From Squalus acanthias (lineage: Eukaryota), in assembly GCA_030390025.1 (NCBI GenBank), contig CM059432.1, positions 85,376,001-85,440,000 of the forward strand: DNA of 64,000 nt, read 5' to 3'. Positions within the stretch are counted from its first letter, which is position 1. Each line of letters opens with the position of its first letter. Of this stretch, positions 12,287 to 24,530 are shown in pieces. The notes under the pieces are model-generated. The model was not told the DNA's origin and did no database searches. It saw nothing but the letters and a program-made list of their open reading frames with translations. Made by a program: the position numbers and the translations under genes.

Positions 12287-13224
12287 AGAGAGTCTTTAAT
12301 AGGAAGTAAGCTGCACAGTGCCAATCTGTTTTGTTTAAAGACATGATTGTAAATTCCTGTTACAAAATGTTCCTGATTGTAAATCGCACCCATAGTCTGG
12401 AGGACTGGTTAGGAGTAACCTTTTAAATATCAAGTGTCTTCTATATCTGAGCATATGACCTAAATTTTCCTCTGAATAACCACATGTTTTTGGGCAGTTT
12501 TGGGGCAGTAAACAGAGTAAAATGTGTTGTTAAAGGCTATCGCCTCAAGTCCGCCACAAAATACTGCACCTGCATTCTCCTCCCAAAAAACTGCTAGTTC
12601 AGTTTAAGGCCCTCCAGAGGCCCACTCCACTACATTTATATGAGGTCAAAGGGGTGTGATTAACCCCCCGCCCCATTTTCCTTCATTTCTGCCTCAAATA
12701 ATAACCACCACTGTACCTATGCTGTTGGGAGTCACTGCAAGGTATCCCTGAGACAGATTCCACACTGAAGAGGTCATTTTGCATGCTGCTACTGCAGTGC
12801 GCTCTTATTAGTACTCTAGGGGTTGCGTCATGACTTTTGCTGCTACTTTCTGCTCAAGAAAGAAAGCCTAGCATTTGTATAGCGCATTTCATGACCTCAG
12901 GACGTCCCAAAGCGCATTCCATCAATGAAATACCTTTGACGTATAGTCACTGTTATAAATTAGGAAATGCGGCAGCCAATTTGCGCACAGCAGAAGACAT
13001 CAGGTGAAGCACCTTAAATATCGATGTTATTTTATTTTCACTTTTTTGGGGAAATTTAAGCCATTTTGCTGAAGTCATTTAATTGCAGACCATGTTAGAG
13101 TCATGAATATTTAGCTTTTGACACCATGCACTGTAAGAATACCAAATGCCAGCACTCATTTGATGTTATCTGCATTCAACACCTGAGCCTAATTTTCATT
13201 TAAAGTCTTTTTTTTTCTTTTTCC

Positions 13225-13450
13225 TAAGCTCTGGAATTCCCTGCCTAAACCTCTCCGCCTCACTACCTCTCTTTCCTCCTTTAAGACGCTCCTTAAAACC
13301 TATCTCTTTGACCAAGCTTTTGGTCACCTGCCCTAATTTCTCCTTATGTGGCTAGGTGTCAAATCTTTTGTCTTATAATACTCCTGTGCAGCGCCTTGGG
13401 ATGTTTTACTGCGTTAAAGGCGCTATGTAAATACAAGTAGTTGTTGTTGA
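13225..13450 (+). mobile_element. L2 LINE 3' end
   Basis: Homologous to 9245-9710 without the Tx1 insert. Ends in (GTT)n. Confidence 0.8.
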
Positions 13451-15084
13451 GATGCGCTGCTCCGCCATTAGCTTAGCGAAAATGGTATCGTGCTGTCTGG
13501 TATTAACATTCAACTGTTAGTCAACCTCCTTCCTTCTATGGTTCACAACGACATGGTATCTGGCTCCGCATTCAAATGTATTGAGCGGCCTGAAGTTCCT
13601 GTACTTGCGCAATAGATAGAACGTAAACTCGCCATAGAATGTTAAGTCAAGTCATTTCAAGTACAATTTTAATGATGTGATAGTGTTAATTACTACCTCT
13701 CTGGCATTGAAAATGAACTATTACTATTTCTTCAGGTTTTGATTGTTGTTGGAGATTTTTAAAAAAATATTTTCTTTCTGTTCTTTTTCTCTCTATCTTA
13801 ATCCAATTGTTCTTTTTTCTCTTTATTTCTCTTTCTATACCTGATTTGACATTGAATTCACCATTCTAAATTACATTTCCTTCTCAGTCTTCGTGCAGTT
13901 AATTTCAGAATGTTTCAATCTGATTAGTTGCTTGACCTGTTCACTCATATCCCAGATGCCCTGTAGAGTTCGTCGCACTGTTTCCATCTCACACTTCCAG
14001 CAACTTGCAGGGCACAATATCGTCGACATTAAATGGGCAAGGGCAAGTAACAGTTCATTGGCCTACCACAACAATTTTTGGGCCAATATATTTTTCCATC
14101 ACACAAGCAAAAGTAGCAAAGCAAAAATGTTTCTTCCTATAAGTTAACAGATAAGAGGGGATTTCATGATATGGCACTCCCAGCAGTTCAATGGATAAAT
14201 AGAGCGATTAAAACTAAACTGAAACTTAAAAGGGGGCATATGATAAACCAGGGTTAACAATGCTAAAGATAATTATGAGGAATATAGAAAGTGTATACAA
14301 AGGAATCAAGCATTGCTTATTTCCTTGTTGGACGAGAAACATACTGATCTAGGAAGCAATCTTAGATTAATTCTAGTCTATTTTAGGATAGATAAAACTG
14401 CCCAATTGTAAGATGAGAAGGGCTAAATGGGATTACGACAAGAGGTTGGAGAGAATGGCATGGATTTTCTTGGATCTGATCCCACTCCAATGCCATAACT
14501 TCACCAGAAGTGTGGCGGAAACTCCGCTGTGGATTTTGCTGCACTTCCAGCAAAGTTACTCAACTCTTAATGCATGGTATTCTTGTTTTAAAGGGCTTAA
14601 TTAGGGCACAGGAATATCATACAGTACTCAATGAGTTAAAATATATTTTTTTAAATAATTTTTATTGCCTATTTGGTGCAAATATATTTCTATTCCTTGC
14701 TTTACATCTCAGTGCCTCTGCTATAAAGCCATCAATCTCATTATATATTGTGAATGATGGAGTAATAAATAAATCTGAAATTTATGATATTTCTCCTCTA
14801 GAACATATATTTAACATTACACAGGATGCACTTAGTTTGCTTTGACTTTTATTACTTGTTAAAGGTGCACTGTCACCATGATGAAAGTGCTCAACAATTC
14901 TTTTTAGTTTTGGCACTAAGAGCCAAAAGAATTGTGTGTGCCAATTTCATTATGATGATGCATGCAAGTGATATGACAGTGCATTTCATTGTGATTTACT
15001 TCATCATTTGTGTTTTCAAACAAATAAAAAGAGATTTCTCAAACACATTTTTATAGACTGTGCTCCGTTAAGTTCTAATTTTTT

Positions 15085-15260
15085 TTTATTAATTCACGGG
15101 ATGTGGGCGTCACTGGCAAGGCCAGCATTTATTGCCCATCCCTAATTGCCTTTGAGTGGCTTGCTAGGCCATTCAGGGGGATGTTAAGAGTCAACCACAT
15201 TGCTGTGGGTTTGGAGTCACATATAGGCCAGACCAGGTAAGGATGGCAGATTTCCTTGCA
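15085..15260 (-). mobile_element. 3' fragment of the tRNA-SINE with Zenon-like tail
   Basis: Matches 54817-55030. Confidence 0.75.
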
Positions 15261-16560
15261 TAAACATTCAAGTATATTGTTTTATACCCAATAGTATTGC
15301 ACTAAACTGAGCTGAAATCAAATGCAGCAGCAAAGCTACCTAGTGCCACATTTGATTCTTTAGAAATCAGCTTGTAATTCTGTTGCATTGGCTACAGTAT
15401 CACTGTAGTGTACTAAAATTGCTTGTATTTGAGGTAGAATGTCTGCATAGGCATAGTTAACAGGGAACAGAAGAAGAACAGGAAATTGGAAACCAATAAC
15501 TCTGAAAGCTATTAACATTTTTTACCTAACTGCCAACCTCCCACTTCGCCTTGACAAATGTTGTAAAGTACTATATGCTGTGGTTAAATAACTCACTTTA
15601 GTAATTGCATTAGTGTTTCCCTGCACATAACATATGAGTGTTTTGCTTTCTGTCACTGGACTCTGTTAGTTATAGCTAGAAATTAAATTTTTACTGTCTT
15701 TCTACATTTGCTTTTAAGAGAACTATGTCCTATTTAAACTTTAATTGTACGAAGCTAAATTGCTTTATCTTTTTTTCATTTTTGAGGCGATATACTCCAT
15801 GCCCTGTCCACCCTCTTTTTTTCCAATTTTTCTCTCTTGTAAATGTCCCATCAGCCACACACCTCCTATGTGGGACAGCAGAAAGCCTGTACCCAGGCCA
15901 ACATGACATTTGACCAAATAACAGGAAATGCATAGACTGAACTCTGCTCAGTGCCTCCACACAACAAGACAGCAGGAATCAAGACTGCAGCAGCTGTGTG
16001 GGAAATAGAAAAAGTTGCTTTGTGCTGGAGTTTTGGGGGCACCGATGGGAAAGCTTTGTTCTTCATCTGACTGGTATATCTGATGTTGGAAGGCTTGAAT
16101 CCCCAGAACAAAAAGTGTTCTGTTCTCCAGAACTAACTTACATCATCTTATAAATTTAAAAAGTAAGCTTTGATTAATTAAAACACAAAACAAGCAAAAG
16201 CATGGAATGAGAATAGGCTATTCAACAACTTACAACTCTATAATGCTCGTCATGTGCAGAGAGACATGTCAGAGAACTGTACAGGGCACTGGATAACATG
16301 TGGCCACCAAGTGGGAAGGAGAAAAGAAAAAGAGGGGTTAGGAAGAGGTAAAAACACAGTTGAAACTAAAGACTTTAGAAGGATTTTAAAAACAGAGTGG
16401 TGACAAGACTGAGGTCCTAAAGCAGGGAATTCCATGTGGTGAGGACACAATAGCAAAAGGAGCGGCCACTGATGGTGCAATGGAGAGAAAGGAGAATGTA
16501 AATTAGGCTGCCATCAGAACAGCTGAATGTGTGAAGGGATATATGGCTGAAAGAGACCAA

Positions 16561-19500
16561 GGGCTCAATTTTAATTCCCGAGGCGGGTTGGAGTCGGGTT
16601 GCGTGGTGGGCAGGTTCGGGAGCCGCTTCCGGCAGGATCAGCTGCAGATGTCTGATTTTTATTCAACGAGCTTGTTAATTTCAATGAGGCGCGCTGGCCG
16701 GTCCAATGAGTGGGATCGGTTCAGCCGGCCGCCTCTGATGACGTCATAATAGCAGCTGCTTTTAAAGCTGCCATCCAGCCTAAGGCTTTCCATTGTGGTT
16801 TCCTGCATTTCTTTTCAAAGCTATGACTTCTTCCAGAGGCAAGGCAGCTCCTCGTTTTAATGATGAGCCCCTCCAAGTTCTTGTGGATGTTGTCAGAGGG
16901 CGCAGGGAGATTCTCTTCCCTCTTGATGGCCGGAGGAAGCCTCCTCAGCAGACCAAGGCAGCCTGGCTGCGCATTGCTGAGGAGGTGAGCACAAGGTCCA
17001 TTTATGCACGGTCATGGATCCAGTGCCGAAAAAGGTTTAATGAGTATCCCATCTCACTTGCCTTCACTCTGCTTCCCTTCTCTTCTCATTACCAGCACTC
17101 TGCGTTGTAAGCCTCCTCCTTCACATCCCACCTTACTCTTACTTCTCTTGCACCCTTTCCTATCCATCTATGTCTCTGCACTGAATCACTTCAGCATCCT
17201 GCCTATGCACCCCTTAGACTCGCTCTCACTGTCATGCAATGACAACAACTAACAACGCACAGGGAGCTACCTTCCTCTTGGCACCTTACCCCATCTTCGT
17301 CTCCCTCAAAGCTTCTATGGTAGGGATTATTCACACTCACTCCATCACTGTGGCTGAAACACCGCTTGTGTCCCTCCTTGCAGGAAAAGATAGCCCACAA
17401 TAAGAGGGAGCGAGCAATGACTGGAGGAGGAACACCTACCCTAGCAACATTGACCAGTGCTGAGGAGGCTGCTAACGAGATTGTTGGATGTGTCGAGGAC
17501 CTGGAAGTGGGTGATGGAGAGACGGGCACACTAGAGGAAGGTGGTGACATAATAGAGTTTCATCCCTCTCAGAAAGCAATGGCATATGATGTTCATAGAG
17601 AATCGCATTGTATCATCTGCTCAAAAGGATGTGTCTGCTACATCAATATCAGATGTCTAAATCATGCCTTTACTTTCACACAGGACCATCGAGCGTCCCC
17701 CTCCCCACGTTGCAGGACGAAGACCCGGACAAATCCTCAGAGGAACCTGAAGCCTCTGAGGGAGCAGCATCACCAGGACTCAGCGCACCCAGTACCAGCG
17801 CAGCAATGCACACCTTGGTGGGGCCCTCGCGAGTTAGAGTAGTGTTGCCACCTGGTCCATCACAGCACATAAGTGAGGATCAGCAGATGATGGAGGCAGC
17901 GACAGCAGTGAAGAGTCCTCGGCGGAGGTCGCAGGACTCTCCTAGCTCTGCTGAGCTGCATGCAGACACTGTGCCTCTGTGGCCATCCAGAAAAAGAGCG
18001 GTTCGTGAAATACAGGAACAAGTGCAGGTGTCTCTGGAAGGGTTTGCCTCCAGGGTTAGTGCGAGTGTGGAGAGAATGGAGGAGTCCGTCTCTAAAACCA
18101 GCACTGCCGTGGTGGAGGCAATGGCGCATGAACGCACCACCATGGATAGGATGGCAACCTCCGTGGAAAGGCTGGCTACCTCAGTGGAAAGGATGGCTAC
18201 GGCCATGGAGGAAATAAGTCGCCAGAGTCAGGAAAACATGGTGACTGTTCAAAATAGAATGTCATCTCTGGAGGAGCGATGGGCAGCTATTGAGCAGAGA
18301 GACCAGAGCTTCATGGATGTCCTTGTGATGAGGACTGCCAGTGCAGATACGGGTCCTCATGGTCCCCCTGAAGTGCAGCAAGGTGCTCTCCAGCCACTTG
18401 CCAGCACTGAGGTGCGACTGACCCATGAGAGGGATGTTGTTGGCAGGACAGAAGGAAGTGTAGGCTTCTCTCAAAGCGCTCACACGACCATGCCACTGCG
18501 GAGCCCTCGGTCAGGGACCCACTTTGCAGAGACAACTGAGATGGCCGTTTCAGCCCCTGCACAGCCGCAGGAAGAGCAGACTGTTGAAGAGCCCTCCCAG
18601 GCTCCCAAACCCAAAGAACGCCCGCCAAAGGTGTCTAAGCAGGCACAGCATCCTAGTCAGCAAGGTGCCTCTACATCTGCTGAAGCCACAGGGGAAGCAC
18701 CATGTAGAAGCACGCGTAAGAGAAAGATTAAACACCTATAGTCACAAGGAGAGTCACTTGGGTGATGTTTCATTTTTTTCTGACTCTTGCTGGTTTATTA
18801 TCGTTTTGTCATGTGTTAAAGATTAAATTATGTCAAACAGTTGATTGTGTGGCCTATGTGTTATGGGAAATGGCAAAAGCGCATTAAGGGCTCAGGACGA
18901 CTTGCTTTTGTAATGCTAATGGTAAAAGTGATAAGGAAATAACAGGGTATAGCAGAGATGAAGTATGACGTTGGATAAGTGTCGCCTGCAATTACAGAGC
19001 CATATGGTAGCCACCTACGGTTGAAGAGTAAGCTTATGCTAATGTGGCATGGCAGTGTGCATACCCTGGTAGACGGGCAGCAGTGAACTGGAGGGATGCT
19101 GCATTGGTCACAACAGGGAATGCAAGGCGCCCCTCGTCCTCCTCCTCCTCTTCCCAGGAAGATCTGCGCTGAGCCACGCGGCGGCTGCTACTCCTCCGAT
19201 TATGAGGACCAGGATGAGAGGGCATAAATGTTTCCCATGCCCTTGCTATAGATTTCATTTGAGGCAACAATCTTTCAAGCGCACAGTCGAAGTGGCCTGA
19301 AATTATTTCATTCATGCCACACTGCAGATGGGTGTCAGCTTGAACAGTCAGAAGGTCAGTATATGTGCAAAATGTTATCCCATACCTACAACAGCAAAGT
19401 TGTTGCATTTGAATGTCAGCCATGTTTCAGGGGCGCTTTTAAAGTGCTCCACCAATGCATACAAATCATGTCCTCCAGCAACTCGTCTCCTTGAACCTGG

Positions 19501-19776
19501 CCTGTTTCTGACAAGTCGGGAAACAGGAGCCAGAGCACGAAAATGGGAAACCACTATGAAAATAGGATTAGCAAGGCAGTTAACAGGCTGTTAACTGCCT
19601 TAACTACCTGTCCCACCGTTTCCAGACAGGTCAGTTTGGGAGCGGCTAAACAGACACTCCCAAAAATAGGGTGGGGGCGGGATGGAGGCGGGTTGGGTGT
19701 CTGAAGCCATTTTTTCCGATTTTCCCAACAGACCCGCCTCCAAACCCGCCTCCTCAGGGCTATTAAAATCGAGCCC
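16561..19776 (+). mobile_element. Non-autonomous PIF/Harbinger element (Myb gene retained, transposase mostly deleted)
   Basis: TIR GGGCTCAATTTTAAT / ATTAAAATCGAGCCC. Flanks CAA/CAG (imperfect 3-bp TSD). Myb gene on +. Short acidic transposase-like remnant on - at ~18960-19400. Appears to sit inside an old minus-strand L2. Confidence 0.9.
16823..18741 (+). pseudogene. Harbinger Myb/SANT-like (trihelix) DNA-binding protein, 3 exons
   Basis: Exon 1 16823-~17043 (APRFNDEPLQVLV...AAWLRIAEEV...RSWIQCRKRFN). Exon 2 17384-17540 follows ttgcag. Exon 3 17684-18741 follows cacag, is phase-compatible and ends RKRKIKHL. The exon 1 donor is deleted. Confidence 0.85.
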
Positions 19777-20134
19777 CAGGAAGGGACTTGGAGGTGAGGA
19801 CAATGACCTTAAAGTCAATTCTGGAGCACAGGAAGACAGTGCAGTTTGGCACAGACAAGGGATAACTAGTAGATCTTAAAAGGTAGAAGCAGGGAGGCTG
19901 GCAAGGAAAACTTCAAAGAAAACTAGCCTGGAGATGATAACAACATGCATCCGTGGTGGCAGAGAGGGAAAGGTAGACACAGCAATCGCCTATATTTAAA
20001 GTGAAGGAAAACTGTCAGTAACAGATCAGATGTGGATGAAGAAGCTGAGTTCAAGGTCGAGCAGTACCCCAAGGTTCCACACCTATCAGCTAAGCTTGAG
20101 GTGGTAGCTGGAGAGGTTGATCGAGTCAAGACTA

Positions 20135-20490
20135 GAATCATAGAATCATAGAATGGTTACAGCACAGAAGGAGGCCATTCAGGCAGTCAAGCCCGTGCCG
20201 GCTCTCTGAAAGAGCACTTCAGCTAGTCCCACTCCCCCGCCCTTTGCCCATAGCCCTGCAAATTGTTTTCTTTCAGGTACTTATCCAATTCCCTTTTGAA
20301 AGCCATGATTTAATCTGCCTCCACCACCCTTTCAGGCAGTGCATTCCAGACCATAACCACTCGCTGCGTAAAAAAGTTTTTCCTTATGTCACCTTTGGTT
20401 CTTCTGCCAATCACCTTAAATCTGTGTCCTCTGGTTCTCGATCCTTCCGCCGATGGGAACAGTTTCTCTCTATCTACTCTGTCTAGACCC
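20135..20490 (-). mobile_element. CR1 3' end
   Basis: (ATAGAATC)n tail; LDRVDREKLFP...NFFTQRVVMVWNALP. Confidence 0.9.
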
Positions 20491-20670
20491 CTTTTAGTGG
20501 AAAACAGTTGTTTTTGCAAGCCGAAAAGGATAGATTTGACTTTGCTGGTATTTAGTTGGTGGAAATTTTGGTTCATCCAGCTCTCTTGGGCATCTCCTCC
20601 TCCCTTTGCTCCAATATTAGCAGCTGTGCTTTCAGCTGCCTAAGCCCCACATTCTGGAATTCCCTCCCTA

Positions 20671-21391
20671 ATAAACCTGTGGAAAAAATGTTTTAATTTT
20701 ACTTAATTCACCACTTACCTTGTTAAAAGCAGGCCTTGCGCCTGCTTTTCCCCCACGCAGCTGCTAGGGACTTACCCGCACGGAGAAACCTGTAAAAAAA
20801 GCCGAAGTTCGATGCGTACGCGCTGCCTCTCCCGCGCACGCGGTTGACCCGCGAACCCCTTCCTTCACGAGACCGGCACTTCCGGTGGCCCTATGGGTGA
20901 GTACACAGTGCGTACTCACCCGTGGGGACCCGAATTTCTGGGCCATTATTTTTAAATACTTTAAAGAAAGGTAAGTTTATTTTTAGCCCCGTTAAAAACT
21001 GTAATTAATTTTTTCAAAAATTTAAATTATTGTTTAAAATAGTTATTTTATGTAATTTATAGTTATTTTAAAAATGTGATGTTTTCTTTTATTTATTTGA
21101 AGTTTTAGTTAGGTTTTGGGGCCGATCTCTATTCATAGATTTGACAGGTCTTCCTGTCAAATCTATGAATGGAGATTTCCTGCTCTGATTGGCTCCCCAT
21201 GGCCCACGTGATCCGAGGGGACGCTTCGAACTAACTGCGCCGCTGGGATATGCGAGCACTGCACACCGGCAGCTGGAGGAGGCCCAGGATCTGAATCCCA
21301 TGCGGGCCCACGGCACAACGGCAGGCGCGCTATGTAAGTGCACCCGCTATGCTTGCACCCGCGGGAAGCCTCCGACCCGAATTTCTGGCCC
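20671..21391. mobile_element. Harbinger-type MITE with one half inverted
   Basis: Two halves homologous to 59319-60058. Both TIR-like ends read the same way (AATTTCTGGGCC 20933-20944, AATTTCTGGCCC 21380-21391). Confidence 0.8.
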
Positions 21392-22677
21392 AATATGTCA
21401 GATAGGCAGTTGAACAGAGTGGCAACAGCCCTGGGATTGTTGAAGGAGGCAGACAGGTGTCATCAGCATACACATGAAAACTGACCCGATGTTCCCAGGT
21501 GATGTTGCCAAGTGGTAGTATGCAAATAATTTGATGAAGAAGGGGTTAGTGTTTGGAATCTGGAGAATACCAAAGGAAAACGGGAGGGGAAGTTGTTGGG
21601 AGCAAATTAGTCTCCATGATGAGACAAGAAAGAGTAAAACCATGAGAGCGAAATTCCATGGAGGTGAACTCTGCAGGAGAGACAGTTGAGAAAGTTGACT
21701 ATCTTGATGGCATCAGAGAGGTGGAGGAGGATAAGGCTATACAGTGAGGCCTGGTTGCAATCATACATGATGCCTTGATGACTTTGACCAATCAGATCTC
21801 TGTGCTGTAGGCAGGGCAGAAGTCTAATTGTAGAGCTTCAAACGGGGAGAAGTAATTATGATGCAGCAATACATTCCAGGATTTTACAAAGAAGAGGCTG
21901 TAGATCAGCAAATACAGTTCACTCCTTCCATAGAAGCATTTGGGTAATTTTGCAAGGCGGCACTGCCATCGCAGAGCCTCGCTAATGTGAAGTGATGGTC
22001 AGAAATAGATTTATAACGCTATAACCATGATTCTTTGATCCATGTTCACTGCTGACAAACCTATTGCATCAGCAGCAAAGCCTCGCAAATTGCTCCTCAT
22101 ATATAATCTACCCTATCATGGACTCCACACCACCATTCAATTTCCTGAGAGAAAATTCTACACAAGTATTCCATGATCCCCAAAGATTATCAAAAAAATC
22201 CCATATCATTCATCCAACTCCACAATTCCTCTCTGGCCTTCGGCTCTTCACAGATAATACCCCTTCCCTGACTCCAGTAGCACTGTAACTATTGTGTTCT
22301 ATGGAGCCTTTGAGCCTCTCACTCTATACCTATGCCTGTAACCTGCAGTCCCATTCGCAGCCAAATATTTGTCCAGCTCCTTTTTGCATTAACTAATTGG
22401 TGCAGCATCAGTGGCTATTACTGGGAATGTGTTCCACAAAACTACTACTCATTCGGGAAACATTTTTCTAATGTCTCACTCGAGGCTTGTTAATTTTAAA
22501 CTTTTGTCCTCAGTGTAAGTCAAATAAGCTACTTATGCTTATAGCATTTATGCCTTGTAGCATTTTTGATCATGTCTGTTCTTAATCTTTTCTCCAAGGC
22601 AAAAAAATTCTTCACAGAACTTAGAGCTTTAAGCATTGGAATCATCCTCAGTATATCAATCATATTTGCATGTAAAG

Positions 22678-22965
22678 CACAGTAGCCTCATTATTATGGT
22701 AGTAGATTATCAACCCAGAAGGCATGACTTCATAATCCTATCATGGCAAGTTGTGAAATTGAATCCAATAAATCTGGTATTTTGTGGGCTGGCACCATGA
22801 AAGCTGCTGGATTATCATAAAATCCCAACTAGTTCAATTATGTCCTTCAAGAAAGTGAAACTGCCACCCCTATCTGATCTGACCAATATGTAATTCCAGT
22901 CCCACAATATGTGGTTGACTCTCAATGTTCTCGGGGAAACTAAGGATGGGCAATAAATGCTGTTG
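22678..22965 (+). mobile_element. Older copy of tRNA-derived SINE with Zenon-like tail
   Basis: Head similar to the reverse complement of 55140-55244. Ends ggatgggcaataaatgctg. Confidence 0.6.
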
Positions 22966-23337
22966 TGCTCACACATTATTGAAAATGTAGCCTTAGCAGT
23001 GATCTGTACAGTGTTGTACTTTCTCGTGGTTGTGTGTGGTGCCAGTTAAGAGAGGAATCTGTCCAGGGCTGCAGGCTGGCAGGCAGGCTATTTAGGATCG
23101 GTAGCTTTCATAAGTCCTTAGTATTTTCTGACTGGTAGTTTTCTCGATGCTCTCCTCACCTTTGATACTTTCCCTACCTCTTCAGTTCTAATTGGCTGTT
23201 TTGTTTTGAACAAATCAACAAAATGTATCAAAAAATCTGTGATGGAAATGCATGGCCGGAAAAGCTAAACAGAATGGCAGGAAGATGTTGATGGAAGTGT
23301 TACTCTTACAGGAATACTTTATATGCAAATTGTCTCT

Positions 23338-24530
23338 TTTATAGAATCATAGTATCATACAGCACAGAAGGAGGCCATTCAGCCCATTGTGCCTGTGCCT
23401 GTGCCAGCTCTTTGGTAGAGCTATCTAATTAATTCCATCCCCCTGCTCTTTCCCCATAGCCATGTAACTTTTTTCCTTTCAAGTATTTATCTAATTCTCT
23501 TTTGAATGTTACTATTGAATCTGTTTCTACCACCCTTTCAGGCAGTGCATTCCAGATCACAACAACTCGCTGTGTAAAAAAAAATGTTTCCTCATGTCGC
23601 CTCTGGGTCTTTTGCCAATCATCTTAAATCTGTGTCCTCTGGTTACCAACCCTTCTGCCACTGGAAACCATTTCCCTTTATTTACTCTATCAAAACACTT
23701 CATGATTTTGAACACCTCTTTCAAATCTGCTCTTAACCTTCTCTGCTCCAAGGAGAACAACCCCAGCTTCTCCAGTTTCTCCACATAACTGAAGTCCCTC
23801 TAGTAAATTTCTTCTGCATCATCTCCATGCACCCTTGACATCCTTCCTAAAGTGTGGCGCCCAGAATTGAACACAATACTCCAGCTGAGGCCTAACCAGT
23901 GTTTATAAAGGTTTCCTTGCTTTTGTACTCTATTCCTCTATTAATAAAGCCAAAGATCCCCCATATGCTTTTTTAACAGTCTTCTCAACTTGTCCTGCCA
24001 CCTTCAAAGATTTGTGTGCATATACCCCCAGGTCTCTCTGTTCCTGCCCCCCCCCCTTTAAAATTGTACCATTTAGTTCATATTGCCTCTCCTCATGCTT
24101 CCTACCAAGATGTATCACTTCACACTACTCAGTGTTAAATTTCATCTGCGATGTTTCATCTTACAGACACAGACACGCTGGGCCAAATGGCCTCCTTCTC
24201 TGCCATAAATTTCTATGATTCGATGTGTCTGCCCATTTCACCAGTCTGCCTATGTCCTCCTGAAGTCTGTTACTATCTGTCTCATTGTTTGCTATATTTC
24301 CGAGTTTCGTATCATCTGCACACTTTGAAATTATGCCCTATATACCCAAGTCCAGGTCATTAATATATATCAAAAAGAACAATGGTCCTAATATCGACCC
24401 CTGGGGAACACCGCTGTATACATCCCTCCAGTCTGAAAAATAACCAACCATTCACCACTACTCTCTGCTTTCTGTCTGTTAGCCAATTTTGAGTCCATAC
24501 TGCCACTGTCCCTTTAATCCCATGGGCTTT
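23338..24530 (-). mobile_element. CR1 LINE, 5'-truncated
   Basis: LEKLGLFSLEQRRLR, GVPQGS region and CR1 tail. Contains a 66-bp CR1-tail insert at 24155-24220. Confidence 0.9.

Noticed and set aside
15730..15960. Minus ORF with sushi/CCP-like string SCWPGYRLSAVPHRRCVADGTF
   Set aside because: Lacks the first and last Cys and the Trp, and has no convincing splice sites. Probably chance; a TBLASTN hit would reopen it.
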